Below are positions 35,697-49,900 of a stretch of 64,000 nt of DNA, piece after piece. The stretch is from Azolla caroliniana (lineage: Eukaryota > Plantae > Polypodiophyta). The stretch is from NCBI GenBank assembly GCA_043228905.1, contig JBHGNT010000006.1:2046001-2110000 (forward strand). The letters are read 5' to 3'. Under the pieces are notes generated by a model, which had not been told where the DNA came from, searched no databases, and saw only the letters and a program-made list of their open reading frames with translations. The translations under genes and the position numbers were made by a program. Position 1 is the first letter of the stretch. Every line of letters begins with the position of its first letter.

Positions 35697-37506
35697 GCTT
35701 TGTTCCAGTAGTCTTTACACTGAAAGGGAAAGTTATTATTGATGACCAAATGTACAAGTATGTAATATGCTGGAGAAATAGATGCCACTGGTATACAGAA
35801 TACAAAGAAATTATTTGAAAGAATGCTGAATAGAATGCAATCAAAATTTTTATGTACCAGTGGTAGCTTATTTGATGGTTACATGCTAAATATTCATGAA
35901 TATGAAATTTGATTTTAACTTGATAGTTAAATAGGGTTATTGGCTCCATTGACATTAAAAATCTATATTTTTGAGTGATGAAACATTATATCTGTATCAA
36001 ATTTGATCAAGTCTTATCATGGAAGATTAATCAAACAATATAAACAATCGTTGTTTGCTTCTGCATGGTCTAGTCAATAGTGGATCACATATTTCAAAAC
36101 CCACCTTTCTTATATGAATAACACAACAATAAACTAATTGAAGATGGACTACTTAGAGACTATTTCTCATATTTAATTGGGTTTGTAAAACATGCATATT
36201 TAGATATTGAAAATTGCTGTAACTTAACTTTGTGGATTCAAGTAGCTAGTTTATGTGCTTTATGTAGTTGCTACCATATGAAGTTAATGTTTCTTGATTA
36301 TTGAGTTGTTCTCCATGTGTCAATATTGTGATGGAGAAAATTGTGGTATACAAGGTAGATTGAAGTTAAATATTATGCTTGACAAACAAGTAATCCATTA
36401 GCCAATGGGGCTAAAACTTTGAGGATTTTGTGTGGTTTAAAATTCAAATGTTTATTTTGCATCACATATATAACTCAAGTCAATATAAATTACAAAGTAT
36501 CAAAGAGCCACCAATAATATGCAGAAAGCAACGATACGACCAAAGTGTCTTATGTTTGCTTTATCCTTGTACATTAGATTGGATGGTTGCACACAAAGTG
36601 TACAAGATTGGTTGGAAGTGTGGTGATAATCAAAGTGCAAAGAAAATGTTAAATGTTTGACCGTGATAATCAAATGGACGTTGCAATTGGGTATTCAAAC
36701 GCATCATAAGCATAGATGGTGCCAATGGTTGGTTATTAGAGGAATGAGGTGGACACCTTAACATTTGAACGCATGAGTGCAACTCATAGACAAGGTGATG
36801 ATGTTGATTGGAATACATTGAATTCTTCAATCAACCAAATCTTGTTATACATTGGTCATCTATTTTGTAGAAAAGAAATTTAATCACATTTATATTTTGT
36901 AATGCCTCACATGTTTATTGATCTTCTTCTTCCTTTGATGATGACACCTTATTAATCCCACTACAATCTGAAACATTGCCCTCACATCAACTTTAACAAA
37001 TAAGTGTGTAGAGACTAACAAGTGTTCCAAGATTTTAAGTGTATAAACATGATGGTGCAATGGTAATGATAGTGTTTGGCTTCAAATATTTCCATCAACA
37101 AGACTTCATTGTGAATTCGTTATAAAAACATTGGGAGTTTTGAGTAGGGCGGTGAAGATGTGTTATTAGGATCAAAACATTCTTCTATCCATTGGAAAAT
37201 GTTATTTTCTTATTAAAAACAATTTGATCAAACTTCCACCTCCAAATGGAAGGTTCATGATCTAATCTCCCTGGTTGCGACTAGGGGTTCAATTTTCTGA
37301 TGTTTTAAATCGAAAGAAAACATTCGATCTCTTGTTGACAAATGATATCTTACAAATTTAGTTAAGATATCCAGAGAGAAACAGACTGACAGACAGAGAC
37401 ATAGAGACAGAGGATGTGAGAGAAGAGCAATCCTGTTGTCTTCTGATAGTATTAGGCAAACAGAACATCAAAAGATTAGCTCTCTGTTGCTTTCATTCAG
37501 ACTTTC

Positions 37507-40503
37507 ATGAAGATGGGTATTATCCTCCAACCCAATTGTTTTGCATCAGAAGGAGATGCCATAGCCTCGAATAAGGAAAGAAGAGGTATCACAATAGAAA
37601 TCCAGAAGGAGAGAAATTCTCTACTCGATTTGATAAGATCATGTGTGAGCCCTAAAGAACTTTCCAAAGCGAGAAAGATCCACAATGACATAGTTTTGAA
37701 TAAACGTTTCCTTCAAGATGCATATGTTAACAAAGCTCTTATCACTATGTATGTGAAATGTGGTGATTTGGTGAAGGCCCGAGAAGTGTTTGATTGCATT
37801 GCCGATCGAGATGTTGTATCTTGGACATCTCTTATCAGTGGTTATGCACAACATGGATATGGTAATGAAGCATTAGAATATTTCAATCGGATGAAAAATG
37901 AAGGTTTTTCACCCAATGCTATAACATTCATCAGTGTATTAAAAGCATGCAATTCCTCAGGATCTCTTGATATAGGGAAATCCATACATGATGAGGCTAA
38001 GAGGATGGGTTTATTGCCTAAACATATAGTTCTTGGAACTTCTCTTATTAGTATGTATGCTAAATGTGGTGTGCTCGAAAAAGCACAAGATGTTTTCAAT
38101 CAACTTCCAACACGAGATGCCATATCATGGAATGCTCTGATTAGTGGGTATGCTAATCACGGATATGGTAATGAAGCTTTACAATGCTTTAAGCAAATGC
38201 AAGATGAGGGCACCTCTCCAAATGTAGTCACCTTTCTTGCCTCTTTAAAGGCGTGCAGAACCATAGGATGGGTTCATAAAGGAGAAGAAATACATGCCGA
38301 GATCAAGAAAAGAGGATTATTAGAAAAGAACATCATGCTCGGTACTGCAGTAGTTGATATGTATGCAAAATGTGGTCTCCTTGAGAAAGCAAAAGAAGTT
38401 TTCGATGAGCTTCCGGCTAAGGATGCAGTATCATGGAATGCATTGATCTCTGGTTATGCTCAACAAGGTCTTGGGAATGAAGCTCTCTCCTGCTTTAGGA
38501 AAATGCGAGAAGAGGGTATCTCCCCGAGTGTTGTTACATATATTTGTGTTTTGAATGCTTGTAGTAGCATTAGAGCTCTTGAGGTGGGAGAAGAGATACA
38601 TGTTGAAGTTAGAAGGAAAGGTTTGTTGCTCGGAAAAGAGATTGTGCTTGGCACAGCATTGGTGGATATGTATGCTAGATGTGGTGTACTTGGAAAAGCA
38701 CAAGAAGTCTTTGATGGGCTTCCAGTTAGAAATGTTGTATCTTGGAATGCATTGATGTGTGGATATGCCCAACAAGGCCGTGGTGATGAAGCAGTAAATT
38801 GCTTCTGCAAGATGAAAGATGAAGGAATCTCTCCGAATTCAGTTACCTTTATTTGCATCTTGAAGATTTGTAGTAACATGGGCTCTCTGGAGCTTGGAAA
38901 AGAGATACATGATGAGGTATGCAAGCAAGGGCTTCTAAACAAAGATATAGTGATTGGCACTGCATTGTTAGACATGTATGCTAAATGTGGCGTGCTAGAA
39001 AAAGCTCGGGAAGTATTTGATGAGCTTCTAGTACGTGATGTTGTAGCTTGGAATGCACTTATATTTGGATATGTCCATCATGGGCTTTGTGAGGAAGCTC
39101 TGAATTGTTTCACACAGATGAAGGATGAGGGTCTCTCCCCCGATGGTGTAACTTTTGCTTGCATTTTGAATGTTTGTGGAAGTGTAGGAAATTTAGAATT
39201 AGGAGAAGAAATACATGCAGAAGTAAGCATAAAAAGATTATTGGGAAAAGACATTGTGCTGGGGACTGCATTGGTGGACATGTATGCTAAATGTGGTGCA
39301 CTTGAAAAAGCCCAACAAGTGTTCGACGAGCTTCCTGTAGGCGATGTTATCTCTTGGAATGCATTAATTTCTGGGTATACTGAGCATGGACTTCCTGATG
39401 AAGCCCTAAAATGCTACACCAAGATGCGGGATGTGGAAATATCTCCGAACATCACCACCTTTATTAGCATCATGAAAGTGTGTGGAATGAAAGGGCGCAT
39501 TGATGTGGGAGAGGAGATACATACTGAGATTAGGAATCAAGGGTTACTTCAAAAAGATGTTGTTCTTGGCACTGGATTGGTGGATATGTATGCAAAATGT
39601 GGTCTATTAGGAAAAGCAGAAGAAGTTTTCGAACAGATTCCTGTACGAGATGTGGTGTGTTGGAATGCATTGATGTCTGGATATGCCCAGTATGAGCTTG
39701 GCGATGAAGTTTTGAAGTGCTTTGCACAGATGCAAGAGAAAGCTCTCTTACCGAATTCAGTCACCTTTTCTTGTATTTTGAGAGCTTGTGGTTGCATAGG
39801 ATATCTTGAGATGGGAAAAGAGATACATTCTGAGGTTAGAAAGCAAGGGTTATTGGGCAAAGATGTTATACTCTCGGGTGCATTGTTGGACATGTATGCT
39901 AAATGTGGCATGCTTGAGAAAGCACATGAAGTTTTAGAAGAGCTTTCACTAGACGATGTAGTGACTTGGAATACACTCATGGCTGGGTATGCTCACATGG
40001 GTCATGCCAGAGGGGTATTAACCTTGTTTGCCAAAATGATGGAAGGTGATGTTGTGCCAAACAGGATTTCTTTCCTTGTTTTGCTAACAACGTGTAGTCA
40101 TGTGGGTCTAGTAGAAGAGGGGCAAAAGGTCCTTGATATGATGGACAATATATATAGTTTCACCCCAAGTTTAGAGCATTATGCGTGTATGGTTGATCTT
40201 TTTAGTAGGGCTGGACGCCTCGATAAAGCTATAATCATAATTGAAAAGGTACCATCACCAGATCGCATTCAACTGTGGTTAGCTTTCCTGGGTGCTTGCC
40301 AGAAATGGATGAATGTCGAACTTGGGATATGGGCCTTTCATCAAGCATTAGAGCTAGATCCAAACCGAGCTTCAGCATATGTCTGCATGGGAAATATATA
40401 TGCAGCTGTTGGGATGCAAAAAGAAGCTGAAAAAATGATTACTCACTGGAGAACAACGAATGCAAATATGGAAGGTAATTCCAGAATTTTTGCATGGAGA
40501 TGA
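37507..40503 (+). CDS. PLS-class pentatricopeptide repeat protein with E1/E2 motifs and no DYW domain, 998 aa
   Basis: Hand parse: (L-S-P)x7, L, S, P2, L2, S2 = 26 motifs (MYAKCG, VSWNALISGY, VTFxCILKAC; EHYACMVDLFSRAG), then E1 LWLAFLGACQKW and E2 AYVCMGNIYAAVG. Stop follows shortly. An acceptor ttcattcag at 37500 suggests an upstream exon. Confidence 0.95.
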   Translation: MKMGIILQPNCFASEGDAIASNKERRGITIEIQKERNSLLDLIRSCVSPKELSKARKIHNDIVLNKRFLQDAYVNKALITMYVKCGDLVKAREVFDCIADRDVVSWTSLISGYAQHGYGNEALEYFNRMKNEGFSPNAITFISVLKACNSSGSLDIGKSIHDEAKRMGLLPKHIVLGTSLISMYAKCGVLEKAQDVFNQLPTRDAISWNALISGYANHGYGNEALQCFKQMQDEGTSPNVVTFLASLKACRTIGWVHKGEEIHAEIKKRGLLEKNIMLGTAVVDMYAKCGLLEKAKEVFDELPAKDAVSWNALISGYAQQGLGNEALSCFRKMREEGISPSVVTYICVLNACSSIRALEVGEEIHVEVRRKGLLLGKEIVLGTALVDMYARCGVLGKAQEVFDGLPVRNVVSWNALMCGYAQQGRGDEAVNCFCKMKDEGISPNSVTFICILKICSNMGSLELGKEIHDEVCKQGLLNKDIVIGTALLDMYAKCGVLEKAREVFDELLVRDVVAWNALIFGYVHHGLCEEALNCFTQMKDEGLSPDGVTFACILNVCGSVGNLELGEEIHAEVSIKRLLGKDIVLGTALVDMYAKCGALEKAQQVFDELPVGDVISWNALISGYTEHGLPDEALKCYTKMRDVEISPNITTFISIMKVCGMKGRIDVGEEIHTEIRNQGLLQKDVVLGTGLVDMYAKCGLLGKAEEVFEQIPVRDVVCWNALMSGYAQYELGDEVLKCFAQMQEKALLPNSVTFSCILRACGCIGYLEMGKEIHSEVRKQGLLGKDVILSGALLDMYAKCGMLEKAHEVLEELSLDDVVTWNTLMAGYAHMGHARGVLTLFAKMMEGDVVPNRISFLVLLTTCSHVGLVEEGQKVLDMMDNIYSFTPSLEHYACMVDLFSRAGRLDKAIIIIEKVPSPDRIQLWLAFLGACQKWMNVELGIWAFHQALELDPNRASAYVCMGNIYAAVGMQKEAEKMITHWRTTNANMEGNSRIFAWR

Positions 40504-41863
40504 AGTAATGAATACATGTCTCATTATCTTTATGGACATTTTAGCGACGAAATGATTCTTCACGAAAATCAAATTGGTTTGCCTTATTTACCCTACCCAA
40601 CTTCAGCCTCTCTTTGAAGGTAAATCTTTTATTAGGAGTATTTCACATTAGGCTGAACTTTCTGAGGAATTCTTTATTGATCGATAAGGGTGGCACACAC
40701 TAGAGGTCCTTACTCTTATTTTGAGCATTTCATATTAATGTCAGACATTGTGGTCACCCATCTCATTGTCTACAACATAAGTTACATCATCTTGTTTCTT
40801 CTTTACAGTGTAGGGATATATAGATAGATAATATATGCAGTCAGATTTGACACTTTACCTCTACAACTTTGAGGATTGAAATGTTGAGGGGGGTAAAGCA
40901 TACTTACAGTGATAATATTTCTCCCAATGGCTAGTCTCAACAATATAAACTGATGATTAGTTAGTCAAATGAAGAAATGAAATTTGTTATAATCATAATA
41001 ATAATATCAATCTGTTCAAAATTCGCAAAGCATGTGTATGTTGTGTTAAGAAGTGGTGTTTTTGTTTGTCAGTAGATGTTGTGCCACAAATTTTTGCAAA
41101 CATTGTGACCATTGTATTGGCAATTCAGGTCTGTCCTTGGCACTCCCCTTAAATCCCATTGTGAAGCTATCCATCAATTGCAGTGCTATTTTAACTAAAA
41201 GCATGATTCATTCTCAACAAAGTTATTTTTGAGTTTATCTATCGATTATCAAAGAAACAAGAACTCATAAAATTGCTCACCTTAAAAGTAAAGAAGAAGC
41301 TTCCGCAAAAGAAGTACTTTTGAAATAATAATACCTAGGAATCATAACTACCAGCACAATCGATATAGATAGGCCAAATCCAAAAGTAAGAGTATATAAG
41401 TGATGATAGATAGGCACAAATAATCAAAAACCAAAGAGTGTCAATGTATTTTGATTTATCTTTCTTTTTGTTTCAATTTTACTACATTGTATAAAAAACA
41501 CTTTCCATGATTTCTCAAACAAATTTTGAATCTCTTTGAATTATAAGTCCTCTTTTCCAATTTTACAACTTTGTATAAAAAACACCATCATCTCTCAAAC
41601 AAAGTGTGTCTCTTCAGATTATATGACTGACTGATTTGAGTTCTCACATAAAAACCTTCCAAGAGATTGTGCTCTAAAATATCCGAATTAAGGGCATGAT
41701 GGACATACCCTCAAGAAATGATCTAATGAAGAAGCCTTGGTTTTTCTTTCCAAGGAGAGCCTTCAAATCATTATAAGATATGATTGTTAAAAATTGTTTT
41801 GGATAAGAGCCTTCTCACCAAACGTTGACAACTAATTGATCTAATCTTTTGCTCATAGACATG

Positions 41864-42227
41864 CATGTGGGGTTTACCCGTAAGCGGTAAATGTTGTTAT
41901 GGATAATAGCCTTCTAGTGATCCTTGACGAACCTATGTAATAGTTCAAAGACCTGATCAGAGTAGAGGGTTTAACCCATCTCAAAGTTGTATTGACATGA
42001 CAATGTGACACGTTACTAATGGCAATATTTCCAAACACATAGCATACATGTGGGGTTTACCCGTAAGCGGTAAATGTTGTTATGGATAATAGCCTTCTAG
42101 TGATCCTTGACGAACCTATGTAATAGTTCAAAGACCTGATCAGAGTAGAGGGTTTAACCCATCTCAAAGTTGTATTGACATGACAATGTGACACATTACT
42201 AATGTCAATATTTCCAAACACATAGCA
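41864..42227. repeat. Near-perfect 183-bp tandem duplication
   Basis: catgtggggtttacccgtaagcggtaaatg...tttccaaacacatagca at 41864 and 42047, with about two substitutions. Confidence 0.95.
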
Positions 42228-43574
42228 GTATGTTCAAAATGCAAATTAATTTCCTATTGTGATATTTGTGACATCTTTCTCATTGTCATCAGAACTTGGT
42301 ACAATCTTCTCAAATGGCGTAATTAGTTTCCTTAGCTTCATGTTTCAAGATATTGACATTCACATTATTCTAAATGCTAGATTTTATTTTACTAGCTACC
42401 AAACAACCCTTCGTTATAATGTCCCATGGGTAGTCCATCGGAAATGAGCACTAATATATGATTGAATATGGTGAACCAATCTACATATCGACTTCCCATG
42501 TTAATTAACAACTTTCTAAATTTTTAAATGTATGCACTTTCATGAATGTTACAACTCTCTATGATATAGCCAATAGTGTCATTTCATTAGTTAAATTATA
42601 TGGATTAAACATCCTTAAATCTTCCCATAGCAACAACTCACGTGCAAGTTCCAACGTAATCCAACCTGAGCATTTCAAGGCAATCAGTGACTACATTTCC
42701 ACTCTTTAGCATTGTTAATTAAATATGACACTATGATTATTATATCTACATGTTTCATATCTCATATTTTCCTTTTGACAACAATTATAACTAGTTGGTT
42801 TTTAAAATTCCCATTAGAATTGATTGAGTCGAGGTTCTCCTTTTCCGTAATTTGAGACATTCTCAAAGTCCTCAAATTTGTTATTTATTAGAAGGATTAA
42901 TCATTAGACATATTAAAAGGGAATTTTGGCTCTATTTTATTGACTTGTGAATATACCTTAGTTGTAGTTAAGAGGTTTTTACTTCTCACAATAGTAGAAT
43001 ATATCATATATATAGATTAGGAGGATTGAGACAAGTACAACGAGCTTAAGGGGTTCACTCATTAATATTGGACCTCCAAGTATGAATTAAAATTATCAAG
43101 ACATGTATAAAGACTTGCTTGAAGTATTAACACACTAATTAGAATCCCTAATTGAGTTTGCACTAAATAAAATCCTTATTTCTACTTATAGATGTGCACT
43201 AATAGTAGCATGTGGACATATGGCCAACATCCAAATATACATAATCCAAATGATCTATGTATTGTATAAGATTCTTGTATTCAAGCAACAATCAAATGCA
43301 AGCAATTTAATTGAAGACGAGCTTGGATACCTGGGCATTATACAAGTTATTTGTGGGCTTTCATGTTATGAACCAGGTAATTACATCTTCCCATGTTACC
43401 CTTGTTAGGCTTAGTTTATGGTACAGTCATTGTAAAATTTGTGAATTAGCTACATATTGTCTTGTCAATATCATGTGAATGAGATATTGTATTGTCTACG
43501 TCATGTCAATTAGCTTCCATGCTTTCAAGCTCTTGTATTATCTATATCATGTGATAACTTTGCATCAAACATTA

Positions 43575-43915
43575 ATCATAATTTCATAATATTGGATATA
43601 AAAGTATTATACAAGCTATCTATAAAGTGGGGATATAATTATATTTTTTCTATTACCAAATCAACCTTTTAGCTTTGTCAGATTATTAACCAATATCGCA
43701 TTAGTTTATGAAACATATAATTACTAATACATTTTTTCTATTATCCCGTCAACCTTTTAGCTTTGTCATATTACTAACCAATATCATAATTTCATAATAT
43801 TGGATAGAAAAGTATTATACAAGCTAGCTATAAAGTGGGTTTCGTGTTATGAAACATATAATTACATTTTCTCTATTACCCCATCAACCTTTTAGCTTTG
43901 TCACATTACTAACCA
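43575..43915. repeat. Compound tandem repeat cluster
   Basis: tcaaccttttagctttgtca at 43661, 43749 and 43884. atcataatttcataatattggata.aaaagtattatacaagcta at 43575 and 43783. Confidence 0.85.
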
Positions 43916-46900
43916 AACTAATCATCATTTACGATGAGATTGGTTTGGTGTCGAATGAGGGTTGTGTTTTAAGGACCCAACATACAATTACAAGGGTTTA
44001 ATTCCCTGAATACCCAATTTTACATTTATTAGTTAACGGTTATAAAATTCAAGAAACTTAAATAGCAACACCATGTCTCTTACACTTTGTCTCTTATAGA
44101 GGGATTTGAGACTTCTTTCAATATGGATATGGTTTGCCACCTTGTCACAATTAGGGAGAGGTGGTTACCTTGGCATGATACCAAATGTTTGCCGACTCCG
44201 ACTTCAACTACATCTCAATGTCTTAATTGTTTGAAATTATATTAACGATTAATTGCAATATAGTTAACGTATATCAATTCATCAACCTTTTGACCACAGT
44301 GTTGCAACGCAACATTTGAGCTACTCAAACCTTCTTGTAGAGATACGCTCCTTAGTTACAAGCCTTGACAACTTAATCTCATGAGGATAGATTTTTTGGG
44401 TAAGTCCACCCTTAAGATTCTTCATGACACATCATGTTGCCCAAGTAACATCAATAAAACAACACGTGTGATTCAATAAGTTGACTACATTACATCTGAT
44501 CTTTGCATATTCATCTCTCGTTGTCTCCTACGGCCTACCAATACTTGTTTCATCCACGGGAGTTTTGTAGGGCCTTCATACACACAAAAACGTTGTTAAA
44601 TTTTCCTATTTCTCGAGTCTTCACTATCTTCATTTATTTCCCTCTCCGTTAAGTCATAGGTGGAAAACCCTACTTTAAAATTAATGATAAAAATATAACC
44701 CCTTTATTTGTGGAAAACAAAATGCTTTAATGTTTCAAATTGTTGGTGAATTTCATACACATATAAGTGCAAACCTCCTAGAATACTAATATATAGAGTT
44801 TATGAATCTTCTAGACTTACCCCCTATGACACTATATAAGTCTCCATAGGTAGCTCGACAAAAGGATGACATGACATGCATATGAAAGTATATACTATAG
44901 TTTTTTTTGAATCTTTACATTCTATGTTGCATGTTGATGCCTTATTTGCTTCTCCATAGGTTAGTCATTAACCTCAAGAACCTGTAATTGTCCACGAGAC
45001 ATTCTATAGTTGTTTAGACCATAGGGATTTTGTTACCCTCGCATGATCACTGTGTCAAACTTGACGCAGTAATAAATAGCTGACTTGCTACTACAAGTTG
45101 GACCTGATATAACCATGTAATAAACGAACGAGCACAATGAATCTTGTATCCACAATCCATAGAAAAATAAATAATTGAAAATGGAGAAAAGGACACCATT
45201 TATGTAGTTAGTTATCTTATTTTCTATGCAAGCGTACACAAAATTAAAAGATATAGCAGTTGCATGCAAATTATTTCACACGTTAACTAGTTAGTTATCT
45301 CTCTTCTATGACATGGAATACAAAATTCCAAAGGTACTATGATGAAGATCTAAAAAACAAATTATACAATGCCCCACCGGAGATAGAAGGACTCTAACTC
45401 ACATGGTTTAAAAACAACATGGGAGTATGCAAAGCTCCAACTATGATTCTCGCAACCGGTTATTTTAGTTGTCACCATTTGTCCAAGTGTATACTATATT
45501 TAACTTTGTCTTCTAAATGACAACTATCCAACCACTTTTTTTGTTTGATAAAAAGTGTTATATATTCTTGTCAAACACTTTTACGAACATGTCCCCAATG
45601 CATTGATGCATTGATTTGTCATCAAGTAATTTTGTACAAATACTATGGGAACAAGTTGCAAACATGATAGTGTATGAATAGGGTCATCAATTAATTACAT
45701 AGTCTATCCAACCTATGGAGTCTTGACATATATCACAATTTAAAATACAAATCCTAACTATATTGATAGTGCAAATTAATGTGCTTGTATTTTAGTCACG
45801 TCACCCAACCTATGTCGGCATGGCAACCTTAAGCGTTGGTATTTCTATTGATTTTATGAAATACTCTTGTTTCTACTTATTACGCTTCTACTTATTACCC
45901 TTGTACTCAATATGTCAATGCTCATTGACATCAATTGGATGACTGATTGGGTTGTAAGAAAAAATGTTGCCAACACCAAACTATAAGGAGAACTATCAAG
46001 TTGCCAACACTACTATTGTTTTCCAATCCTTATTTTGCGAAAAATGAAGTTATAAAGCCACATTTGTAAGATGAAACCATCACATGTATGTACTTGATAT
46101 AAATATGTGAAATACTCCTCTAGACAATATGGAGGATATTTGAAGACAAAATTGATTTATTCAATGTGCACCGATGATATCATGATCTATAAACCTTTGT
46201 GTTTGCCTCATAACATATCAGACAATTTAATATTAAGACTATTAGCCCAAGATATCTCTCCATCACTCTCACATATGGGAAAAAATAATGCATAGGTATT
46301 TAACACTACCCATATGCATTTTTTGTAGTGATTACATGTTTAACAATTACAAAAAAGTCGATAGGGCCAACCTTGTTCTTCTTCAAGGACATGTCAGACA
46401 ACCATGTGCCTTTATTTAATTACTCCTCATATCTATAAAAGAATATGTGATGTCATACGTGTATGTGAAGCATGACCAACAATATAATGATATCAAAGGC
46501 AATGCAACAATTTCAAGTCCATTGAGCGTTAAAGATATTTCATTGAACAACATTAGATGGTCCTGACTCCTGACTCCTAAAGTAGAGATAATAGATTCAT
46601 CGTGTATGTGTCTATCATGTCAAGAATTAACTTACTACTTGAGCATCATTCTTTTTAGTGGCAACGAATTATGTACTACCTTGGAAGTTAAAATCACTTG
46701 GTTCAATTAGATTGCATGTTTACAAGCAACATGTTTGTAGAGTCATCATTCACTTGCTATAATGACAATTGTTGTATTATTAGAGACTTTGAAATATGTC
46801 ATTGGCATAGCAGTTTAACGGTCATTCATTTGTAAGCATGAAACAAGCAAACGTACTTATAAACACATTGCTTAATGATTACTTTCAATTTTTAATCACG

Positions 46901-46959
46901 GAAATAGCATTTGTGACATACATTGACACAGATATACAAGATTACAAGAGATTGCATTG

Positions 46960-46960
<1 letters not shown>

Positions 46961-47002
<42 letters not shown>
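46961..47002. repeat. (TA)21 microsatellite
   Basis: Seen directly. Confidence 0.98.
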
Positions 47003-47003
<1 letters not shown>

Positions 47004-49695
47004 CATTTACCACAAAGAAATGATGCTTAATGTAGGTATTGGTCCCTCACTCAAGTAAGCGATAATTGGTATTCAAGGATGGATTTTGGGTGGCTACAAA
47101 CCCTAATATTTATTTATTTATATTATTTGCTCACATTTACGTTATTGATGTTACATATTAATATTCGTGTTCAAATGTAATAGGGGATGAAACGTGACTT
47201 TTAAGACAATACCTTAATACATGATGAATTAAAACTAGCAAAGCATGCATGCTTATTTATGAACAAATATAAACAATTATGACACAATGTGGAGACATGT
47301 GAGGCTTTACATGAGTCAAATATTAAAATGTACTAGAAAAAAAGTCCCCAAGAGGGTCACACATAATTTGTTAGTATTAAAGCTAATAGGACATTTCTCG
47401 ACAACCTTTTACGCAATCTTGATTCCGAAGGCATTATCATACATTGCATATATGTAGATTTACAGTTAGATGGATATATTGAAGAAACACTAATGATAAA
47501 GTGACAATCATCTCAATCACATGTGATGTATATCCATCATAAGAGTGTGTCAATTTAAACATGACCCAACATATAATTGCCTTTAAAGTGTGTATTCATA
47601 CCCTCTCCACCTTATTTTATTATATGGAAGATGGTCATTTATGGAGATTTTCATTTGTTTAAGTGCACCACTACATGAGTGTTGCACTTTTTATGATTGA
47701 ATGTTGTCTTAAGCATGAAATATGGGTTCCCACAAAGTGGCAATGGCCAATAACATGGATGGATTGTAGGAAGTGATCATTGAGGCAACAATGGTGTAGG
47801 AAGTAGTTGCATGGCATCATGAGTCTAGCAATATTACAATTGATGTAATGAAAACAATAGATCTAGAGTGGGGAGATGGGAATACAAGGACAAATCAATT
47901 GACAATGACAAAGTCATTACATGCTAAAGCACCATGTGGAAGTATTGTTGTTTATACATTATATAAAAAGAGAGTTTGATACTAAACATCATAGTGAGTT
48001 ATTGCTTACAGATTAATCCACCAAATTATCTTAAATGAAAATTTGAAAGTTTTAAATATGATCAATTATGATGGTGTAATGTGAGGCTCAACAACATTAG
48101 GTTGTGGGTTTAAGTCATATGAAGATGAGTTTTTAATCAAAATTGACATCTTGCATTTAAAAGTTTGCTTTTATCTCTTCTTGATCATTGGTTTGGTGGT
48201 TTACATTGTAGCTTCAAAATCAAACATTTGTGAGAACCTAGACTCCTCGCCCTCGGTTACGCTACATTTTTCATAGATTGAATTTCAATCTCATATGGAT
48301 GTTAAAAGATATATGCCTATCTATCGCAGACTCTGAAAAGAGATTTATCTTTCAATACCACACACAATGCCCCATTCATGTTGATGCATGATCATCCATG
48401 GCACACTAATAATGCTCATGATACATCGATTCATACCCATAAAAACATAATGCAATAAATAGCTCTTAATAATGAAACCCTACTCCAATGTAAAGATAGA
48501 GAAATTTGGAAATAAAAGAAAAGGGGGGTTACCTTGCATTTGCAAAAACACAACTTAAAGCTTCCTTTTTAATATATTTTTCAAGGCTTTGGCTTGCCAA
48601 GTTGTGGGTTATCTTGCATTTGGCCGCCAATTTTTATTTATATTCTATTATTTACTATGCTGAGAGGTGATAGTTATGCACTTGACCAGATACGTTGCAA
48701 GAAGAAATGTCTTTGGAAAATCTCTTTTGAAACCCCCAAATCATTGCTTAAGATGACTACATAGATTGTTCTACTCCCTTAGACCTCCAACCATGTCTTT
48801 GTACACTAAATATATACAAGGTGATTGAGACATGATAAGGAAAAACATGAGAAACCCTCCCTTGAAATGCTTAGTACTTTGATTTTAGACAACTAAATAC
48901 AATGCTCTATTCCATTTATGCCACACCATCTTCCTTCATCCACATTTTTGTTGTAACATGATCCTCGTGCTTTCACATGGCCTCCATGAAAATAAAAAAT
49001 TACGTACATGAAAAAAGTTCAATCTCACAAATCTCATGTAGCACTCACAAACAATGTCATTGTTATCGCAACTTTGGAGGATTTTGATTATGCAAACGGT
49101 TTATGCATTTGGAGTTAATGGTGCACGTGGGTTTACATTAATGGTTAATGCTAGCAACATTCAAATAATGGGATCTTATGTTCATTAGCATGGATTTATG
49201 TTAAGAGTTTTATAGTGATGGGGGTTCTGTTAATGGTGCGGCAATGATGCATTTTGTTAACGATAGAATAATGACAAGATTATGATAATGGTATGCTCCA
49301 TGCGACTTTGAAGAAAACCTTTATGTAAAGGACTCTTTAAACAGTGGTCCGTGGACATGGGAATATGATCCCATATAGATGTTCATGGGTATGCCATATG
49401 GCTATGTAAAGGATTTGCCATGACAAATGTGTATCATTAATGGTTGCACATAAAATGTAAAGATACGGATTGTTGTGAGTATGTCATTGATGTGTAAAGG
49501 ATCTATATGAAAATTTGTATGATTAGGATAGCTCATGGTTGCATAAGAATGCAAAGGCCTATATGGTTGTATGCCATGGATGGTTTTAAGTGGGCCTTGA
49601 ATGGGTTTATGTGCATTGTGGTGGGAAAAATCAAGCTTTTAAAAGCTCGCAAACATAAAAAACCACACCTACCACTTGCTCACCATATGAATAGA

Positions 49696-49900
49696 CATGT
49701 ATTTGAAACGAGCCGCTTGCCCATTTAGAGAATAATATGGTTTTGTACCTTAATGAAACATAAGTAATTTGTATAAACCTTCACATCTCTCCCAAATCTT
49801 CATGTATTTGAAACAAGTGGTTTGCTTGTTTAGACAATAATATGGTTTTGTACCTTCATGGAGTGAAGCATAAGCCTTCACATCTCTCCCAAATCTTCAT
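49696..49900. repeat. About 105-bp tandem duplication
   Basis: catgtatttgaaac...aataatatggttttgtacctt...ccttcacatctctcccaaatctt at 49696 and 49801. Confidence 0.88.

Noticed and set aside
37255-37300. tRNA/SINE-like ggttcaa B-box motifs (also near 1168 and 12455)
   Set aside because: No A-box spacing or cloverleaf could be built.
24246-39980. Long antisense ORFs (24246-24878, 25565-25996, 38460-38975, 39549-39980)
   Set aside because: They are shadows of the kinase and PPR coding strands, with no independent motifs.
11912-40503. Functional cluster of organelle genes (ycf45-like, CPN10, PPR) or cell-wall genes (CrRLK1L, GH9C)
   Set aside because: Common plant gene classes interspersed with unrelated genes and TEs. 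No shared pathway or regulatory evidence is visible.
43400-43541. Minus-strand exon candidate with good AG/GT ends
   Set aside because: Three stops in 47 codons is about what AT-rich random sequence gives, so it is not evidence on its own.
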